Position numbers and translations under genes: made by a program
The notes under the pieces: model-generated
What the model was told of the DNA's origin: nothing
Seen by the model: only the letters and a program-made list of their open reading frames with translations
The model's database searches: none
DNA from: Octopus vulgaris
Taxonomy: Eukaryota
Assembly: GCA_951406725.2 (NCBI GenBank)
Contig: OX597815.1
Span: 104,346,001 to 104,410,000 of the forward strand
Length of the DNA stretch: 64,000 nucleotides
Direction: 5' to 3'
In this document: positions 35,572 to 48,603 of the stretch, piece after piece
Numbering within the stretch: position 1 is the stretch's first letter
Layout of the letters: each line of letters begins with the position of its first letter

Positions 35572-36853
35572 GTAGTGCTTGAATTCGAACAGTGCATAGC
35601 AACCAACCCTGACAGCAAAATGTTCTGGAAGTATGTACATTCAAGGCAGAGACCTCACTCTCCATTTGGCCCCCTTCACAATCCCCACACAAGCCAGATT
35701 ACTGATAATCCCAAAGAATGTGCAGAAATCATTGCTGGATGCTATGCAGGCATCTTTACTGTTGAAGATCAAAATGTTCCATCTCCATCACCTCTAACAC
35801 TGGACTCTATAACTACTATGAAATTTACACCAGCAATGCTACAACGCCACCATAGGAATAAATGTAACTATGTCTCTCCTGGTCTCGATGGTGTTACATA
35901 CCTACTTTTCAAACACGGTGGATACTTTCTTCTAAACCAACTTTCACTATTCTTTCAATTCTGTCTTGACAATGGTGTTACTCCAGAGTAGTGGAAAACT
36001 GCCAGTGTTATCCCTCTGTTCAAAAAAGGTGCCCGCACATCACCTGTCAACTATCGCCCCATCAGTCTTACCAGCTGCATCGCCAAACTGATGGAATTCT
36101 GTGTCAGAGAAACCCTCTAGAACTTCTGGAAGTCTCACAGCCTCATCAAGCAGTCACAATTTGGATTTATTCTTAACTCCAGCTGCTGTAATCAACTCAT
36201 CGAGTTTCTTGAGGACATTACCTGAATCACTGATTGTGGCTCCTAGGTGGATGTTGTTTACCTGGACTTTGCTAAAGCTTTTAATTCTGTGCCAGACAAA
36301 AGACTTATGGTGAAACTCTCTGCAATGGGTGTAAGAAATGATCTCTATAATTAGTTAAAGTCCTTCATTATCGGCCGAAAAGAGGTTTTTGACATATTCT
36401 GAACACCATACTTCCCTGGAGATGGATACATTGACACTCCGACGTCTGGCAGCTGACTTGGCAGACACAAATAAAATTGTTAACCATCTTACTAACAATA
36501 ACTATGAACACCTTTTCAAACTTATCCTGTCTAACACCTGTGGACATGTTTACAAAGTCAGAAAACAGCACAGCTCCTATGACTTCCGGAAACATTTTTT
36601 CACGCTAAGAGTTGCTGAAGCATGGAACAAACTGCCGGCATCAGTTGTTAGTTGTCAGAGCACTGCATCCTTCAAAACTTCCATGCTTCTTGAGATTCGC
36701 CAACACTACACCTGATTTTCTCCCCTCCATACACACGCAAGCATATATCTAACTCATACACTGTTCACTTTCCAGACATTTGTACATTACTGCATATGTT
36801 TTATACACACTTTTGACAAGTTGTGGTGCACCCAAGAACTGTATACAATAATT

Positions 36854-36878
<25 letters not shown>
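35572..36878 (+). mobile_element. CR1-clade LINE, 5'-truncated and internally deleted
   Basis: KMFWKYV, SPGLDG, WKTASVIPLFKKG, NYRPISLTSC, YLDFAKAF, then a jump to LTLRRLAADL..RKHFFTLRVAEAWNKLP; (ATT)n tail. Confidence 0.92.
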
Positions 36879-36914
<36 letters not shown>

Positions 36915-36971
36915 GCAATAAAGCATACATCAGAAAAGAAGCACACTCTAAAGTATAGATAGACCAGTAAT

Positions 36972-37552
36972 TATTACAACTAAAAATTTTAATTTTGGAT
37001 ATAGTAACCAAAGGTTTCATATCCACATGGCCAAAGCCTTGTGGACAGCTCGTCAGATTCTATACAAAGACAAAAAATGTAACCTTTCTATGTTGCAGAT
37101 ACGAGGAAAAGCTTAGAAATTGAGATGTAAGATTTAACATATAAAAACGTTAGCCATTAGAATGGTTTCCTAGTGCCCCTAACTTTTCAACCCAAGGTGA
37201 TGAATTGTTTTGTTTTCTTCCTTTTCTCACTTTTTTCTTTTTCTCTTTTTTTCTTTTTAATCTTTTCAATTGTGTTCTGTTTTATCCAGTTTTCTAGTTT
37301 GATTTTGATTATATGTTGTATATGAAAATAAAAAATTGCTAAGATTTGAAATAAAAAAAATTTCCTGATTCGAAAACGTTAATGAGGACAGATTGTCCCC
37401 CCTGAACCAGAGGATAAAATAACCTTTAGAGCCCCGAAAAAGTCTGTCCATGATGTAGAAAGTTTAAATAACAAGCTGTCCAGAAGGTTTTAGCTTTGTG
37501 ACTATGAAACTTTTGGTAAATCTATGTACAAAATTAAAATTTTTGTTATAAT
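36972..37552. mobile_element. (TA)n-associated foldback with ~95-bp diverged arms and hammerhead
   Basis: 36972-37065 is the inverse of 37454-37552; minus-strand CTGACGA...GAAAC-ctttg-GTT in the left arm. Confidence 0.7.
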
Positions 37553-37574
37553 GTATATATATAATTATAATAAT

Positions 37575-38000
37575 AATATTAGGGAGTATAACTCCAAACT
37601 TACAGGGAAAAATTCAATTTAGTATTAAATCAAATTTCACAATATAAATATATAATATATAAATTAGAGAAAAACCACTATTATGCAATTCAGACAATGA
37701 TGGACATATACCAAATCATAAATAAAATGTAAAATATATTTTTTAAAACATATAACTAGATCACAAAAAGTATAAAAATGAATAATCAATATATAATAAG
37801 TAATAAGTATATAATAAGAAAAATAAATTATATATATATATATATATATACTTATATATTGATTATTCATTTTTATACTTTTTGTGATCTTGTTATATCT
37901 TTCAAAAAATATTTTTTATTTTTTATTTATGATTTGGGTTTATGTCCATCATTGTCTAAATCGCATAATAGTGTTTTTTCTCTAATTTATATTTATATAT
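37575..38000. mobile_element. AT-rich foldback, ~140-bp arms with left-hand tail
   Basis: 37656-37794 is the inverse of 37855-37992; (TA)n in the loop. Confidence 0.85.
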
Positions 38001-38002
38001 AT

Positions 38003-39395
38003 GTGGAAGCAAGGATTAGAATCGAAGGGCCTTAGAGTCAACCTAGCTAAAACCGAAGTCCTAATAAGTAGGAAGGTAGACAAATCACACACGCCTTCAG
38101 GTAGATGGCCCTGCTCGATCTGTAGAAAAGGCATAGGTAGGAACTCTATAAGATGCACCAAGTGTTAGCTATGGACACATAAGAGATGCAGCAATGTCAA
38201 CTGAAGGCTAACTAGGAAGATAGTTTTTGTATGTGGCAGATGCTCTGGTGCAATAAACACTGAAAATGCGCAGAGACCATCTTCCGCCACATTCCAGGGA
38301 GAAAAACTAGAAATAGTTGATAGTTTCCGTTAGCTAGGTGATCAAGTCAGTAGGGCGGGTGTGCTGAAAGTGTAACTGCTAGAGTAAGAATAGCCTGGGC
38401 AAAGTTCAGAGACCTCTTACCTCTGCTGGTGACAAAAGGCCTCTCGCTCAGAGTAAAAGGCAGACTGTATGACGCATGTGTACGAACAGCCATGCTACAT
38501 GGCAGTGAAACATGGGCCGTGACTGCTGAGGATATGCATAAGCTTGCAAGAAATGAAGCCAGTATGCTCCGATGGATGTGTAATGTCAGTGTTCATACCT
38601 GACAGAGTGTAAGTAGCTTGAGAGAAAAGTTGGACCGAAGAAGCATCAGTTGTGGTGTGCAAGAGAGACGTTTGCGCTGGTATGGTCATGTGATGAGAAT
38701 GGCTGAAGATAGTTGTGTGCAAAAGTGCCACATCCTAGCAGTTGAGGGAACCTGTGGAAGAGGTAGACCCAGGAAAACCTGGGACGAGGTGGTGAAGCAC
38801 GACCTTCGCTCTTTAGGTCTCACTGAGGTAATTTCCAGAGACCGAGACCTTTGGAAGTATGCTGTGCGTGAGAAGACCCGGCCGGACAAGTGAGGCCATA
38901 ACCCGTGGCCTCTACCTGTGACGTAGTCAGTCCACCTGTGCATACCTTCCTTCTTGGGACACAAAACTCTGCTTGTGAAGACCTGTTGAAGCAAGTGAAA
39001 ATCAAAAATCAAAAATCAATCAAAATCAAAATCAAAATCGAAATCGATCAACATCAATGGAATTTGTAGTTGTGATACCAGTGCCGGTGGCACGTAAGAG
39101 AACCATCCGAACGTGGCCGTAGCCAGCGCCGCATCGACTGGCCTCCATGCCGGTGGCACGTAACAAACACCATCCGATTGTGGCCATTGCCAGCCTCGCC
39201 TGGCACTTGTGTCGGTGGCACGTAAAAAGCACCCACTACACTCATGGAGTGGTTGGCATTAGGAAGGGCATCCAGCTGTAGAAACACTGCCAGATCTGAC
39301 TGGGCCTGGTGCAGCCTTCGGGCTTCCCAGACCCCAGTTGAACCATCCAACCCATGCTAGCATGGAAAGCGGACGTTAAACAATGATGATGATAT
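38003..39395 (+). mobile_element. 5'-truncated RTE-clade LINE with 3' UTR
   Basis: Closely similar to 44648-45925; LRWYGHVMRM, GRGRPRKTW; (ATCAAA)n tract, tandem 3' UTR repeats, (TGA)n tail. Confidence 0.95.
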
Positions 39396-39411
39396 GATGA
39401 TGGACTTGTTT

Positions 39412-39464
<53 letters not shown>

Positions 39465-39526
39465 TATATATATATATATACATACATACATATATGTATG
39501 CATGTATATATCGTTTTTGGATTTGG

Positions 39527-39843
39527 TGTTTTTTTTTTTTTAACAATATATATATAGTTGTGTCTGGGGAGAGTCATTCTCTTTTAGTGCCTTATAATTT
39601 AACATACTCACCAGTAAAATTTCCACTTAGTACCTTCTTTATTTTCTCTAAAATTTTCGTTACAACGAAAATTTTAGAAAAAGTAAAGAAAGAAATAAGG
39701 GGAAATTTTACTGGTGTGTGTGTTAAATAATATGGCACTAAAAGAGAATGACTCTCCCCAGACACAACTATATATATATTGTTAAAAAAAAAACATAACT
39801 CCGGGGAAGGCCAGTTTATGAGGTTCCGGCCTTCACCAGGAAA
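39527..39843. mobile_element. (TA)n-embedded foldback: ~133-bp arms plus ~47-bp hairpin tail
   Basis: 39527-39660 is the inverse of 39663-39795; tail ggggaaggcc...ggccttcacc. Confidence 0.9.
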
Positions 39844-40327
39844 TATATATATATACACACACATATACACACATATGTGTACGTGTATGTATGTATAGGT
39901 ATGTGTGTGTGTGTTTTGTATTTGTGTGTGTATTCCTCTTGTGAAATTTAAAGCAAAAATTGTGCGACAGATAACCATGAATTCCATGTTCGTGTTTCTG
40001 TACTCTTTTCCAGTTCATGTTTCTGTACATATATCTTTTAATATAAATCCGGAGATTGATTGATGCACCGAGTACATGCAGTAAATTACATAAAAAAATG
40101 AGAGATTGTTTATAAGATATTCCGTTACACATTCTTATTAATGTTTCAACAACAATAGAATGATTACTTGTTACGTGCTGTAAATTACATAATCATGAAA
40201 TCGTGTGAAATCTTCTGAGAAGAGTAACAGTTGTTACTGGGTTGTAGAATACTTGACAGAAGTAACTATTGGGGTTATAGGGACTCCAGGAAGCAGTTTA
40301 CATTTGGTATTAAGTGACGAAAATAAT

Positions 40328-40704
40328 ACTCTTTTACTTGTTTCAGTCATTTGACTGTGGCCATGCTGGAGCACTGCCTTTTAGTCGAGCAAATCGACTT
40401 ATTCTTTGGAAGCCTAGTGCTTATTCTATTGGTCTCTTTTGCCGAACCTCTAAGTTACAGGGACGTAAACACACCACCATCGGTTGTCAAGCGATGTTGG
40501 GGGGACAAATACAGACATACAAACACACACATACACACACACACACATATACGACAGACTTCTTTCAGTTTCCACCTACCAAATCCACTCACAAGGCATT
40601 GGTCGGCCCGAGGCTATAGTAGAAGAGACTTGCCCAAGGTGCCACGCAGTGGGAATGAACCCGGTTGGTAAGCAAGTTACTTACCACACAGCCACTCATG
40701 CACC
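40328..40704 (-). mobile_element. tRNA-derived CORE-like SINE with internal (TG)n
   Basis: Minus strand: gtggctgtgtggtaag A-box region, ggttcattccc B box, ccttgggcaagtctcttct CORE-like segment; fragments elsewhere (about 14760, 26690, 51165, 59735). Confidence 0.88.
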
Positions 40705-41296
40705 TATAGTACTAATAATAAAATATTAATAAAATCAAGGTGATGGATAGGAGACTGTGTTGCCAGAGAAATACATGATAGCAATAACAGATAATCTGCA
40801 TAATGATTTTATTGGATTGATTTATCAGTTTATTTCGTGAACACCAATTAAGGACAGTGGGAAGGGGTGAGGTGGGGGGGGGGGCGCACATAAAAACTTG
40901 TGACTATTATATATTGTTCACTCATTTGTATACCTTATATATCATGTATACACATACATACAGCTATACAAAGACATACACATGTAATACATATACATAT
41001 ATACATATATTTATAAATACAGAAAAATACTTCTGTATATATCTACAGACACGCACACACACTGGTGCTCACCCCCACACAAACACACACACACCCACAT
41101 GTTCACATATAGCCAACATATATATACTACAGTACTACAGAACCCTAGCTCCAGCTTCAGCTGTGAACTTGAAACCGAATGAAAGACCAATTATAGCACT
41201 TACACAGTGTACCTATTCATTTAGATCACCAGTAAACTAAACCCCATGTAATCTTCACACACACATACACACACACATATATATATATACACACAC

Positions 41297-41367
<71 letters not shown>

Positions 41368-41368
<1 letters not shown>

Positions 41369-41750
41369 TAGCAGTATCGCCCGGCGTTGCTCAGGTTTGT
41401 AAGGGAAATAACTATAAAGCATTTTTAGAGAGTTATAGCCAAAAAATAGCAAAAAAATGGAAAAAAAATGATGGTAAATTTTTTTTGAGAGTTAAAACAG
41501 GTGGAGTTGCGTCCCCTAGACAGTCTGTGGTTTGTTTTTTTTTATTCTCGACCCCATGTCGAATTTATCGATTTTTTTCAGAACTGGGGGAACTTTTCAA
41601 AATTTTCGCTGCGTTAGTTTTGAATTATGACATTGGGCTATGTGTGTGTCAAGTTTCATCAGAATCGGTTGAAAGCCGTGGTCAGAGTGAGGGTACAAGC
41701 AAACAGACACACAGAAAACGCACAGACAAACTGCCGTTTATATATAGAGA
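41368..41750 (-). mobile_element. Non-autonomous Helitron
   Basis: Minus-strand 3' end cctgagcaacgccggg hairpin then CTAG followed by T; 5' end TCTATATA; aagtttcatcagaatcgg and acagac motifs typical of short Helitron derivatives. Confidence 0.7.
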
Positions 41751-41751
41751 G

Positions 41752-41799
<48 letters not shown>

Positions 41800-41914
41800 T
41801 TGTTCCTGCAGACTTTTTGTGAAGATTCTTGATGGGCTGTGAATGACATCTTTCACTGGCCATCTTGCAAGCATAAATGCAAATGTATACACATACACAC
41901 ACTCATATATATAA

Positions 41915-42044
<130 letters not shown>

Positions 42045-42689
42045 GTATATGTATATATCCACTTTTCATTTAAATAGTTGTATATACAATGAAACATTCA
42101 CGTAGATGTTATTACCTTGTGGCATATCCTTTACATACTCGTTTACACTTCCGAGTTTATACATATATACATACATACATACATACACCTTCAGGCATAA
42201 ATAAATATATATATATATACATATATGAATTTAGATATGCTATGTATCTTAACTCAACACTTCAGATGGACATATGTATGCTATTTACATACATGTACAG
42301 ATACAGATGGCAGTAGTAATATACATAGCCAAGTATGCAGCTCATTATATATCTACAGATAGCAAGAAGCAGGTGTGTTTGAGTTGTTGGTATAGCATAT
42401 GCTTCAATCTCATGTGCAAAATCATATCATCTAGTTATTTATGTCCTGATAATTAAGGTATCAACATAGTGTATGCTTCCATTTCGTGGACACATTATTA
42501 TTGCTTAGTAAGTTTCATTCCAGTTCTCAGTTTGTGTCTATAAGATATTACATTTTCATTTCTCTGATTAAATATTTGAATCCCTCTTTCGTACAAAGCC
42601 TACAATCTACTTTATATCCCATGTATGCAATAGCTATTGCATTCATACTCTTTTGCACTTTAGCCGTAATACACCTAAATTATAGAATT

Positions 42690-45600
42690 CAGAGACGTGT
42701 CGATGCTTGAACAGAGATGTGTCAATAGATGCTTGAACGGAGATGTGTTGATAGATGCTTGAACGGAGATGTGTCGATATGTGCTGCCTCTAAGAAGTAA
42801 GGTGGAGAGGAGGTTCTGCTAGGTTCCTCACAGGCAATGAACACAGGTACAAGATTTTCTGGGCAGGGAACACTGATGGGGTCAGGGGCATGGGTATACT
42901 TCTTGCAGAGAAATGGGTTGATAAGGTAATCGAAGTAGTCAGAGTATATGACAGAATACTTAAGATTAGATTAGTGCTTCATCATGGGCTAGCAACCATT
43001 ATCTCAGCCTATGCCCCTCAGCTGGGGCTACCTAATGAACAGAAAGACCGATTTTATGACACCCTCTTGCAGACTACTTCATTGACAAATGACAGGAACC
43101 TTCTCTTATGGTTTGCAATACTAACTTCAGGAAACCTGCCAGTCACCTAGTCACCTACCATTCTGGCAGACACACTAGCCAAATTGACTACATCCTCACC
43201 AGAAAAGGGAAAGATTGCTGCTTATAAATGCCAAAACCTTCCCAGGTGAAGAAAGTACCCCACAACATAGACTGGTAGTTAGCGACTTCAGGATCAGGGC
43301 TAAATGGATGCCCAAAAGACGATCAGCATGGAGGATAAGGATTGGGAAGCTTAAAGACCCTGCGAATGGACAGAGATTTAGAAACATATTACTCAAAGCC
43401 TTTGACGAAATAGAAGGGGGATATATCTTCACACAATGTAGAAGACAACTGGAGGTGTCTACGGGACATCCTGCTGAGGGCCACTGACAAGATCTGTGGA
43501 TGGTGCAAAGTCCCCTCTTGACCCAAAATAACTTGGTGGTGGAACAATGTTGTTGACAGGGCTATTAGAGAAAAGAAACAGGCTTGGAAGGACTAGAAGA
43601 CTGGTGGTAGCAGGGAATTGTATCAGACTGCCAGAAGGAAAGCTAGGAGACAGGTTTATTTAGCCAGAGGGGAAGCAGATAAGAAAAGATTTGCCAATCT
43701 TCTGTGCCATGAGGACCAACAACTTGAGGTATTTCCTGTTGCAAGACAGTGTGTGAGAGAGAATCGTGATGGTTCACTTGCACTAAACGAGGCTGCAAAG
43801 AGAGAGAAAGGTTGCTGAATAAAGAAAATGAATGGGAGAAAGGGAGTCTGCCAGATGCCAACCCAACAGAGGGACCAGCTATCTGAGTTGACAGTACCTT
43901 GGTAGATAAAGCAATTAAGAGTATGAAGACAGGGAAAGCTCCCCAGCCCATCAGGAATCACTGCAGAGACACTCAAAATATCTGGCAGTGTCGACTATAG
44001 CCTAGTCACTCATATAGTTAACCAGGTGATACACGAAGGAGTCATACCCAATGACTGGTGTAGTAGCACCATAGTCAACTGCTACAAAGGTAAAGGTGAT
44101 GCTTTAGATACAAATATTTACAGGGGTATCAAGTTGTTGGATCAGGTAATGAAGGTCACGGAGAGGGCCATAGACCAACTAATTAAGGAGAGAGTCATTT
44201 AGATGAAATGCAGTTTGGGTTCATGCCAGGGAAAAGCACCACTGATGCTATATTTCTGGTAAGACAGCTGCAGGAGAAATACCTCACCAAAGATAAACCT
44301 TGGTACCTGGCTTTCATTGACATGGAGAAAGCCTTTGACAGGGTCCCCCGATCCCTTATCTAGTGGTCAATGAAGAAACTAGAGACAGATGAATGGTTAG
44401 TGAGAGCTGTGCAAGCCATGTACAGGGACACTGTCAGTAAGGCGAGGGTTGGCAATGAGTACAGTGAAGAATTCTGGGTAGAGGTAGGGGTCCACCAAGG
44501 TTCAGTCCTAAGCCCCTTCCTATTTATCATAGTCCTCTGGGCAATAACAGAGGAATTCAAGATGGGATGCCCCTGGGAGCTCCTCTATGCTGATGATCTT
44601 GCTCTAATTGTTGAGTCACTATCAGAACTAGAGGAGAAGTTTCAGGTGTGGAAGCAAGGATTAGAATTGAAGTGCCTTAGAGTCAACCTAGCTAAAACCA
44701 AAGTCCTAATAAGTAGGAAGGCAGACAAACCACAAATCTCTTAAGGTAGATGGCCCTGCTCAATCTGTAAGAAAAGACATAGGTAAAAACTCTATAAGAT
44801 GTACCCAGCTATGGACACATAAGAGGTGCAGCAATATTAAAGGAAGGCTAACTGAGAAGATAGTTTTTGTATGTGGCAGATGCTCAGGAGCAATAAATAC
44901 TGAAAGTGTGCAGAGAACAACTTCCGCCACATTCCAGGGAGAAAAACTTGAAGTAGTTGATAGCTTCCATTACCTAGGTGACCAAGTCAGTAGTGGGGAG
45001 GGTTGCTGAAAGTGTAGCTGCTAGAATAAGAATAGCCTGGGCAAAGGTCAGAGAGCTCTTACCTCTGAGTAAAAGGTAGACTGTATGATGCATGTGTACG
45101 AACAGCCATGCTACATGTCAGTGAAACATTGGCCATGACAGCTGAGGACATGCGTAAGCTCGCAAGGAATGAAGCCAGTATGCTCCGATGGATGTGTAAT
45201 GGCAGTGTGCATACTCGACAGAGTGTAAGTACCTTGAGAGAAAAGTTGGACCTAAGAAGCATCAGATGTGGTGTGCAAGAGAGCCAACTGTGCTGGTATA
45301 GTCATGTGGTAAGAATGGATGAGGATAGCTGTGTGAAAAATGCCACACCCTAGCAGTTGAGGGAACCTGTAGAAGAGGTAGATCCAGGAAGACCTGGGAT
45401 GAGGTGGTGAAGCTTGACCTTTGAACATTAAGCCTCACTGAGGCAATGACTAGTGACTGAGACCTTTGGAATTATGCAGTGTGTGAGAAGACCTGGCAAG
45501 CCAAGTGAGACCATAACCCATGACCTATGCCAGGGCTGTAACCAGCCCACTTATGCGTATCTTTCCTTCATTGGACACTAAACTCTACTTGCAAAGATCT

Positions 45601-45925
45601 GTTGAGGCATGTGAAATCGAAATTGAATGAAATTCGATGACTGGCACCTGTGTCAGTGGAGCGTTAAGAGCACCATCCGAGCGTGATCATTGCCTGAGCA
45701 GCTGAATGGCTTCTGTGCTAGTGGCATGTAAAAATGCTGGTGGCAAATGAAAAGATATTCGAGCGAAGTTGTTGCCAGTACCTCTGGACTGGCTCTTGTG
45801 CAGGCGGCACGTAAAAAAACATCATTTGAGCATGGCCATTGCCAGTACCTCCTGACTGGTATGTAAAAGTGGTACGTAAAAGCACCCACTACACTCACGG
45901 TATGGTTGGTGTTAGGAAGGGCATA
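42690..45925 (+). mobile_element. Near full-length degraded RTE-clade LINE (APE endonuclease plus RT)
   Basis: EVRWRGG, GMGILL, IISAYAPQ, SQIDYIL, QHRLVV, TWWWN, YRGIKLL, FIDMEKAFDRV, GVHQGSVLSP, LLYADDL, MLHVSET; many stops and frameshifts. Confidence 0.96.
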
Positions 45926-46413
45926 TATATATATATTTTGGAATGACTTTTTTCTGTCAAAAGGCTAAAAATAACTGACCAACAAAAAAAAAATGACCAA
46001 GATTGAAGCAAATCAAAAAATAAACCCGAATACTAAGCGAACAAAGATGAACCATCCCACTTCCATTGTGCATGCATGCGCACGCGCGTGCACACACACA
46101 CACACACACACATTCACATACCCTCCTTTACATACACACACATATATATTCACACAGAGTTGAAGCGGTGCTTGATTTATTTTTTCAGCGTACAATTTCC
46201 ATCATCCCTCTACCAAGTATGACATTACCCCTTCCTTCCTTATTCATCTATCACCCCTTCTTTCTCATTCATAAACACAAGAGTATTATTATAGTAGATT
46301 ATCTTGGTAAATGGGAGCTATGAGAAAAAGCAATTCCACCCAGCTGTTTGACTGTAAATCCCAAGACAAGAAAGAATTGCCCATGTCAAATTTATATATA
46401 TATATATATATAT

Positions 46414-46600
46414 ACAAGTGTTATGGAATGGAGTAAGTAAGACCTAGGCTACATATGTTTCATAGTGAGTGGGATTTCAGAAGTGGTAAAAATCCAAGTG
46501 TGACGTATACCATCTGCTACTCTCCAGGCCAAGGATATCTTGATAAAATTAAAGGTTACATTGTTGCAAAGAGGTACATGTTGATGCAGGGAAGATTCAA
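46414..46600 (-). mobile_element. PLE-type terminal repeat with mutated hammerhead (family of 63168-63640)
   Basis: Minus strand ggc-CTGGAGA-gtagc...ctat-GAAAC-ATAT-GTA-gcc; abuts (TA)n. Confidence 0.75.
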
Positions 46601-46944
46601 TTAGAATGTGTAGAGAGGAGACTATAAATGCAGGGAAATGCATATTGAAAAAAGAGGAAAAAAAGTATAAAGGAGTGAGAGGGAGGAGGAGTTTAAGCAA
46701 GGTCAATTGACCGGTAGTAAACAATATAGTTGTTTGAGCTGAATCACAGAATTTAGCAAGGGGAGTGGTATTTGAAGAAAGAATAATTTGGAGGGTAGAG
46801 TGTGTATGAAGGAAGCAAGATAGAGTGAGGAATTTAAGCATGGTTATTTGACTGGTGGCATTCAAAGGGCTGTTTTGGCCAAAAAACAAAAATTAGCAGG
46901 AGAGTGATATAAGAAAATAATCCATATATATATGTATGTATATA

Positions 46945-46975
<31 letters not shown>

Positions 46976-47039
46976 GTATGTATGTATACATACATGTATA
47001 CATGTATATATATAACATTTTATAATTTAATAAATTATT

Positions 47040-47178
47040 ATAATAGAGAGTATGTTAAGTACTGGCTTGCTAGAAATTAGTATTTTTAACTCTTATTTCT
47101 AGCAAACTGGTACTTAGTGTATCCCTCTATCATAATTATTTTATTGACTTGCCATATAATGGCATCGTTGCTTGCTGT
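47040..47178. mobile_element. Short foldback plus tail
   Basis: atagagagtatgttaagtactggcttgctagaaat / atttctagcaaactggtacttagtgtatccctctat; tail repeated at 48160-48251. Confidence 0.6.
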
Positions 47179-47208
47179 TTATTATTATTATTATTATTAT
47201 TATTATTG

Positions 47209-47761
47209 AGTGAGAGAGCAGTGCATGCCATCAAAGTGACACTCGGGTAAAATATACGAAGCCCAGTATACCCATCATGACTACCCGTCTGATAAGGGTA
47301 CAATAGGCATATGCATCACAACCATATGTGAGCAACATGGTGATCGCAAATCAAAATAAACAGCACATGACCTTGCAGGTGGGGCCCAGTTAGAATTTTT
47401 TTCTGGTTGAGTAGCCCATCCCGCTCAAAAGGTCCTTGAATAAGGATTGTTTAAGGATGTTGAATGAACCACCCATGTTTCCAAAGGTGAATTATCCAAA
47501 CCTCTAGGAATTCCTTTCAACACACGGCTATCATGCTCCCCGACTACTTCTGCTCGTGATCAGAGATGCACATATCGTCAGCCACTAAGGGACATGGTCA
47601 ACTGGTTAAGGTCAAACAACTGACAAGCAAATCTGTGGTATTGAGCAGAATATTTGCTGTAGCCCATCTTTTATACCAAGACAAAACAATGTACATGATA
47701 ACACTTCCAATCAGTTAAGATCAGAAGCCATGAGAGCCACTGCCTGGTACTGCATCAGGGC

Positions 47762-47763
<2 letters not shown>
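47209..47763 (-). mobile_element. ~555-bp non-coding element inserted in an (ATT)n/(TAA)n tract
   Basis: Sharp boundaries with (ATT)n on both sides; higher GC than the flanks; no ORF; strand inferred from a (TAA)n tail. Confidence 0.6.
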
Positions 47764-47810
<47 letters not shown>

Positions 47811-48271
47811 CAAAATATTTACTGCTAATGATAATACTAATAATAATATCTTTATGAATATTCATTTGAATATTTACTCATTTGACATAAATTTATGCAC
47901 TGAATTTGTTTTGAATTTGGTGGAAGCCTGTTTAAAGCTTCATGGACACAAAGAAGTTTGTAGGATTCTAACACTGGGTATTTAGTAAGACCTACTGAAG
48001 AGAATTGAGGAGTAATCCAGAATTTAAAATCATGATACAGGTATATCTATTACCTAATTCTCCAGCTTTCAGCTGAGTTAAAATGTTAAATTTCCTCTGC
48101 TCATTTGTCCACTTTCTGTTGGTCTGTTATGATTTTCAGTGAGTTTGGTGGCTTGTTTGAGTATTTTAACTCTTAGCCTACCTTCTATTATAATTATTTA
48201 TTAATGATAAAATTTAATTGATTTCCCATATAACGGCATCATTGCTTGCTGGCCACTAATGTTATTGTTGC

Positions 48272-48332
<61 letters not shown>

Positions 48333-48350
48333 ATTATTATTATTATTATT

Positions 48351-48505
48351 CTATATTTGACTTTTGCTTTATGTCTGTAAAAGTTGGCTCCAAGTCTCAC
48401 CCAGAGACCTCAAGAGACAACAGGTTGGAAGTTCACGTTGTTGTTATGCCTAGTGTGCCATATATTTGTTTTTTTTTTGGTGTTGTACTAGTGAATGTCT
48501 AATAC

Positions 48506-48517
<12 letters not shown>
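48351..48517 (-). mobile_element. Probable 3' end of an R4/Dong-like retroelement in (TAA)n
   Basis: (ATT)n on both sides; minus strand gaggtctctgggtgagacttg resembles R4/Dong 3' UTR motifs (recalled, not aligned). Confidence 0.45.
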
Positions 48518-48546
<29 letters not shown>

Positions 48547-48560
48547 TGTATATTTACTGC

Positions 48561-48603
<43 letters not shown>

